Source of the DNA: Candidatus Woesearchaeota archaeon
GTDB taxonomy: Archaea; Nanobdellota; Nanobdellia; Pacearchaeales; GW2011-AR1
Assembly: GCA_964505875.1 (NCBI GenBank)
Contig: CAZDJT010000009.1
Coordinates: 1 to 13,265 of the forward strand
Reading direction: 5' to 3'
Length of the DNA stretch: 13,265 nucleotides
Shown here: positions 12,210-13,265 of the stretch, one piece after another
Layout: every line of letters begins with the position of its first letter
Numbering within the stretch: the stretch's first letter is position 1
Notes under the pieces: model-generated
Told to the model about the DNA's origin: nothing
The model's input: the letters and a program-made list of their open reading frames with translations, nothing else
The model's database searches: none
Made by a program: the position numbers and the translations under genes

Positions 12210-13265
12210 ATGGATGAACATTCATATCTCTCTCAGCTTGAGGACAAAAACGTAAAGAGATTTACGCGCCTTACTTCTCCAGATGCATTAAAGAAAGAAA
12301 TTCCAGTTACAGAAAATGCAGCCAAGACAGTTATAGAAAGCAGAGAGATAATTCAGAATATACTTGAAGGAAGAGACAAAAGAAAATTGCTTATTGTTGG
12401 CCCTTGCTCAATTCATGATATTGAAGAAGCAAAAGATTACGCTTCATCTCTGAAGAGATTTTCAGATTCTGTTTCTGACCAGTTTTACATAGTGATGAGA
12501 ACATATTTTGAAAAACCAAGGACTACTATTGGTTGGAAAGGATTAATATCCGACCCTTTCAGAGATGGTTCTAACAATGTGGAAGTAGGTTTGAGAAAAG
12601 CAAGAGGGCTTTTGCTGCATCTTGCAGAGCAGGGAGTTCCAGCAGGAACAGAAGCATTGAGTAATATCACTATTGGTTATTTTACAGACCTTTTAAGCTG
12701 GTGTGCAGTCGGAGCAAGAACAACAGAATCGCAAACACATAGAGAAATGGGTTCAGGTCTTTCTCCTCCCATAGGTTATAAGAATGGAACTCATGGGGAA
12801 TTAGAGACGGCTATAAATGCATTGATTGCAGCACGTGAAGGGCATTCATTTCTTGGAATTGATAGAGAAGGAATAGTTTCTAATATTGAAACAAAAGGCA
12901 ATCCTTATTGTCATTTAATATTAAGAGGTGGAAACGGGAATAAAAACTACACTCTAGACAAGATTAATGAAGCTGTAGAAACTCTGCAAAAGAACAGTTT
13001 ACCAGTAAGAATAATGGTTGATTGCAGCCATGCAAATTCAGGAAAAGACCATAAAAATCAGCCAGAAGTATTTGAGACCGTTATAAAAGATATAAAAGAT
13101 AATAAAAGTCCGGTTTTCGGCTTGATGCTTGAATCAAATATTAATGAGGGAAGCCAGAAAGATACGGGAAAGGAGCTAAGAAGAGGAGTCTCCATAACCG
13201 ACGCCTGCATGAGCTGGCCGACAACAGAAAGAATAATCACTGACGCGTATAAGCTCTTAAAATAA
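12210..13265 (+). CDS. aroG: 3-deoxy-7-phosphoheptulonate (DAHP) synthase, class I-alpha (AroG/AroF/AroH type); feedback specificity not determinable
   Basis: 351 aa, collinear with E. coli AroG as recalled. Motifs: LLIVGPCSIHD (metal Cys), YFEKPRTTIGWKGLI, GARTTESQTHRE, GYKNGT, ILRGG, DCSHANS (His), MLESNI (Glu), SITDACMSW (Asp). The stop codon is the last triplet of the window. Confidence 0.95.
   Translation: MDEHSYLSQLEDKNVKRFTRLTSPDALKKEIPVTENAAKTVIESREIIQNILEGRDKRKLLIVGPCSIHDIEEAKDYASSLKRFSDSVSDQFYIVMRTYFEKPRTTIGWKGLISDPFRDGSNNVEVGLRKARGLLLHLAEQGVPAGTEALSNITIGYFTDLLSWCAVGARTTESQTHREMGSGLSPPIGYKNGTHGELETAINALIAAREGHSFLGIDREGIVSNIETKGNPYCHLILRGGNGNKNYTLDKINEAVETLQKNSLPVRIMVDCSHANSGKDHKNQPEVFETVIKDIKDNKSPVFGLMLESNINEGSQKDTGKELRRGVSITDACMSWPTTERIITDAYKLLK

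Noticed and set aside
11677-13240. Minus-strand ORFs 11677-11862, 12485-12670 and 13058-13240
   Set aside because: They are antisense to rpoD and the DAHP synthase gene, and carry no motifs.
1-13265. Scan for CRISPR repeats, IS or transposase remnants, rRNA and C/D-box sRNAs (RUGAUGA...CUGA) in the intergenic regions
   Set aside because: No regularly spaced direct repeats, no terminal inverted repeats flanking the TA islet and no transposase-like translation were seen. No C-box/D-box pairs occur in the spacers at 373-525, 3454-3689, 7861-8176 or 11912-12087.

Overview
AT-rich archaeal chromosomal segment. TFS, Rpo3/D, Rpo4/F, eL21, a Sec11-type signal peptidase and an intron-bearing tRNA all indicate Archaea. 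The compact layout and K/E-rich proteins suggest a small-genome DPANN-like lineage, which is inference only.

Layout:
- 0.1-3.8 kb: wHTH regulator, tRNA-Lys(CUU) with a 55-nt intron, orphan CheY-like receiver, TFS, signal peptidase, tRNA-Gly(CCC), VKOR-family protein, polytopic membrane protein, tRNA-Ile(GAU).
- 3.8-7.2 kb: divergent proteostasis-like cassette. A Zn-ribbon/Hsp20-like protein faces a Zn-ribbon-AbrB protein that overlaps and is probably translationally coupled to a two-ring CDC48/VCP AAA+ ATPase.
- 7.2-8.4 kb: small accessory or decaying islet. It holds a RelBE-type toxin-antitoxin pair (the antitoxin ORF is missing from the supplied track), a TRASH-motif micro-ORF, about 300 nt of very AT-rich non-coding DNA, and a C-terminal remnant of a DsbA-like gene.
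- 8.4-11.9 kb: Zn-ribbon miniprotein, then a tightly packed eL21-Rpo4/F-DUF655-uS13-uS4-uS11 operon followed by Rpo3/D.
- 11.9-13.3 kb: an aromatic-rich micro-ORF in front of a bacterial-type class I-alpha DAHP synthase.

Most interesting observations:
1. The Phe/Tyr/Trp-rich leaderless micro-ORF upstream of the DAHP synthase, a candidate leader peptide.
2. The Zn-ribbon-AbrB/CDC48/sHsp-like cassette.
3. A 79-nt perfectly identical tract shared by the D1 and D2 ATPase modules of cdc48, which points to intragenic gene conversion.
4. A recurrent TATA(8 nt)-21 nt-ATG geometry that implies leaderless transcripts and lets several start codons be revised.

No CRISPR array, IS element or rRNA was seen. 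All family calls come from motif recognition by eye; no database search was run.
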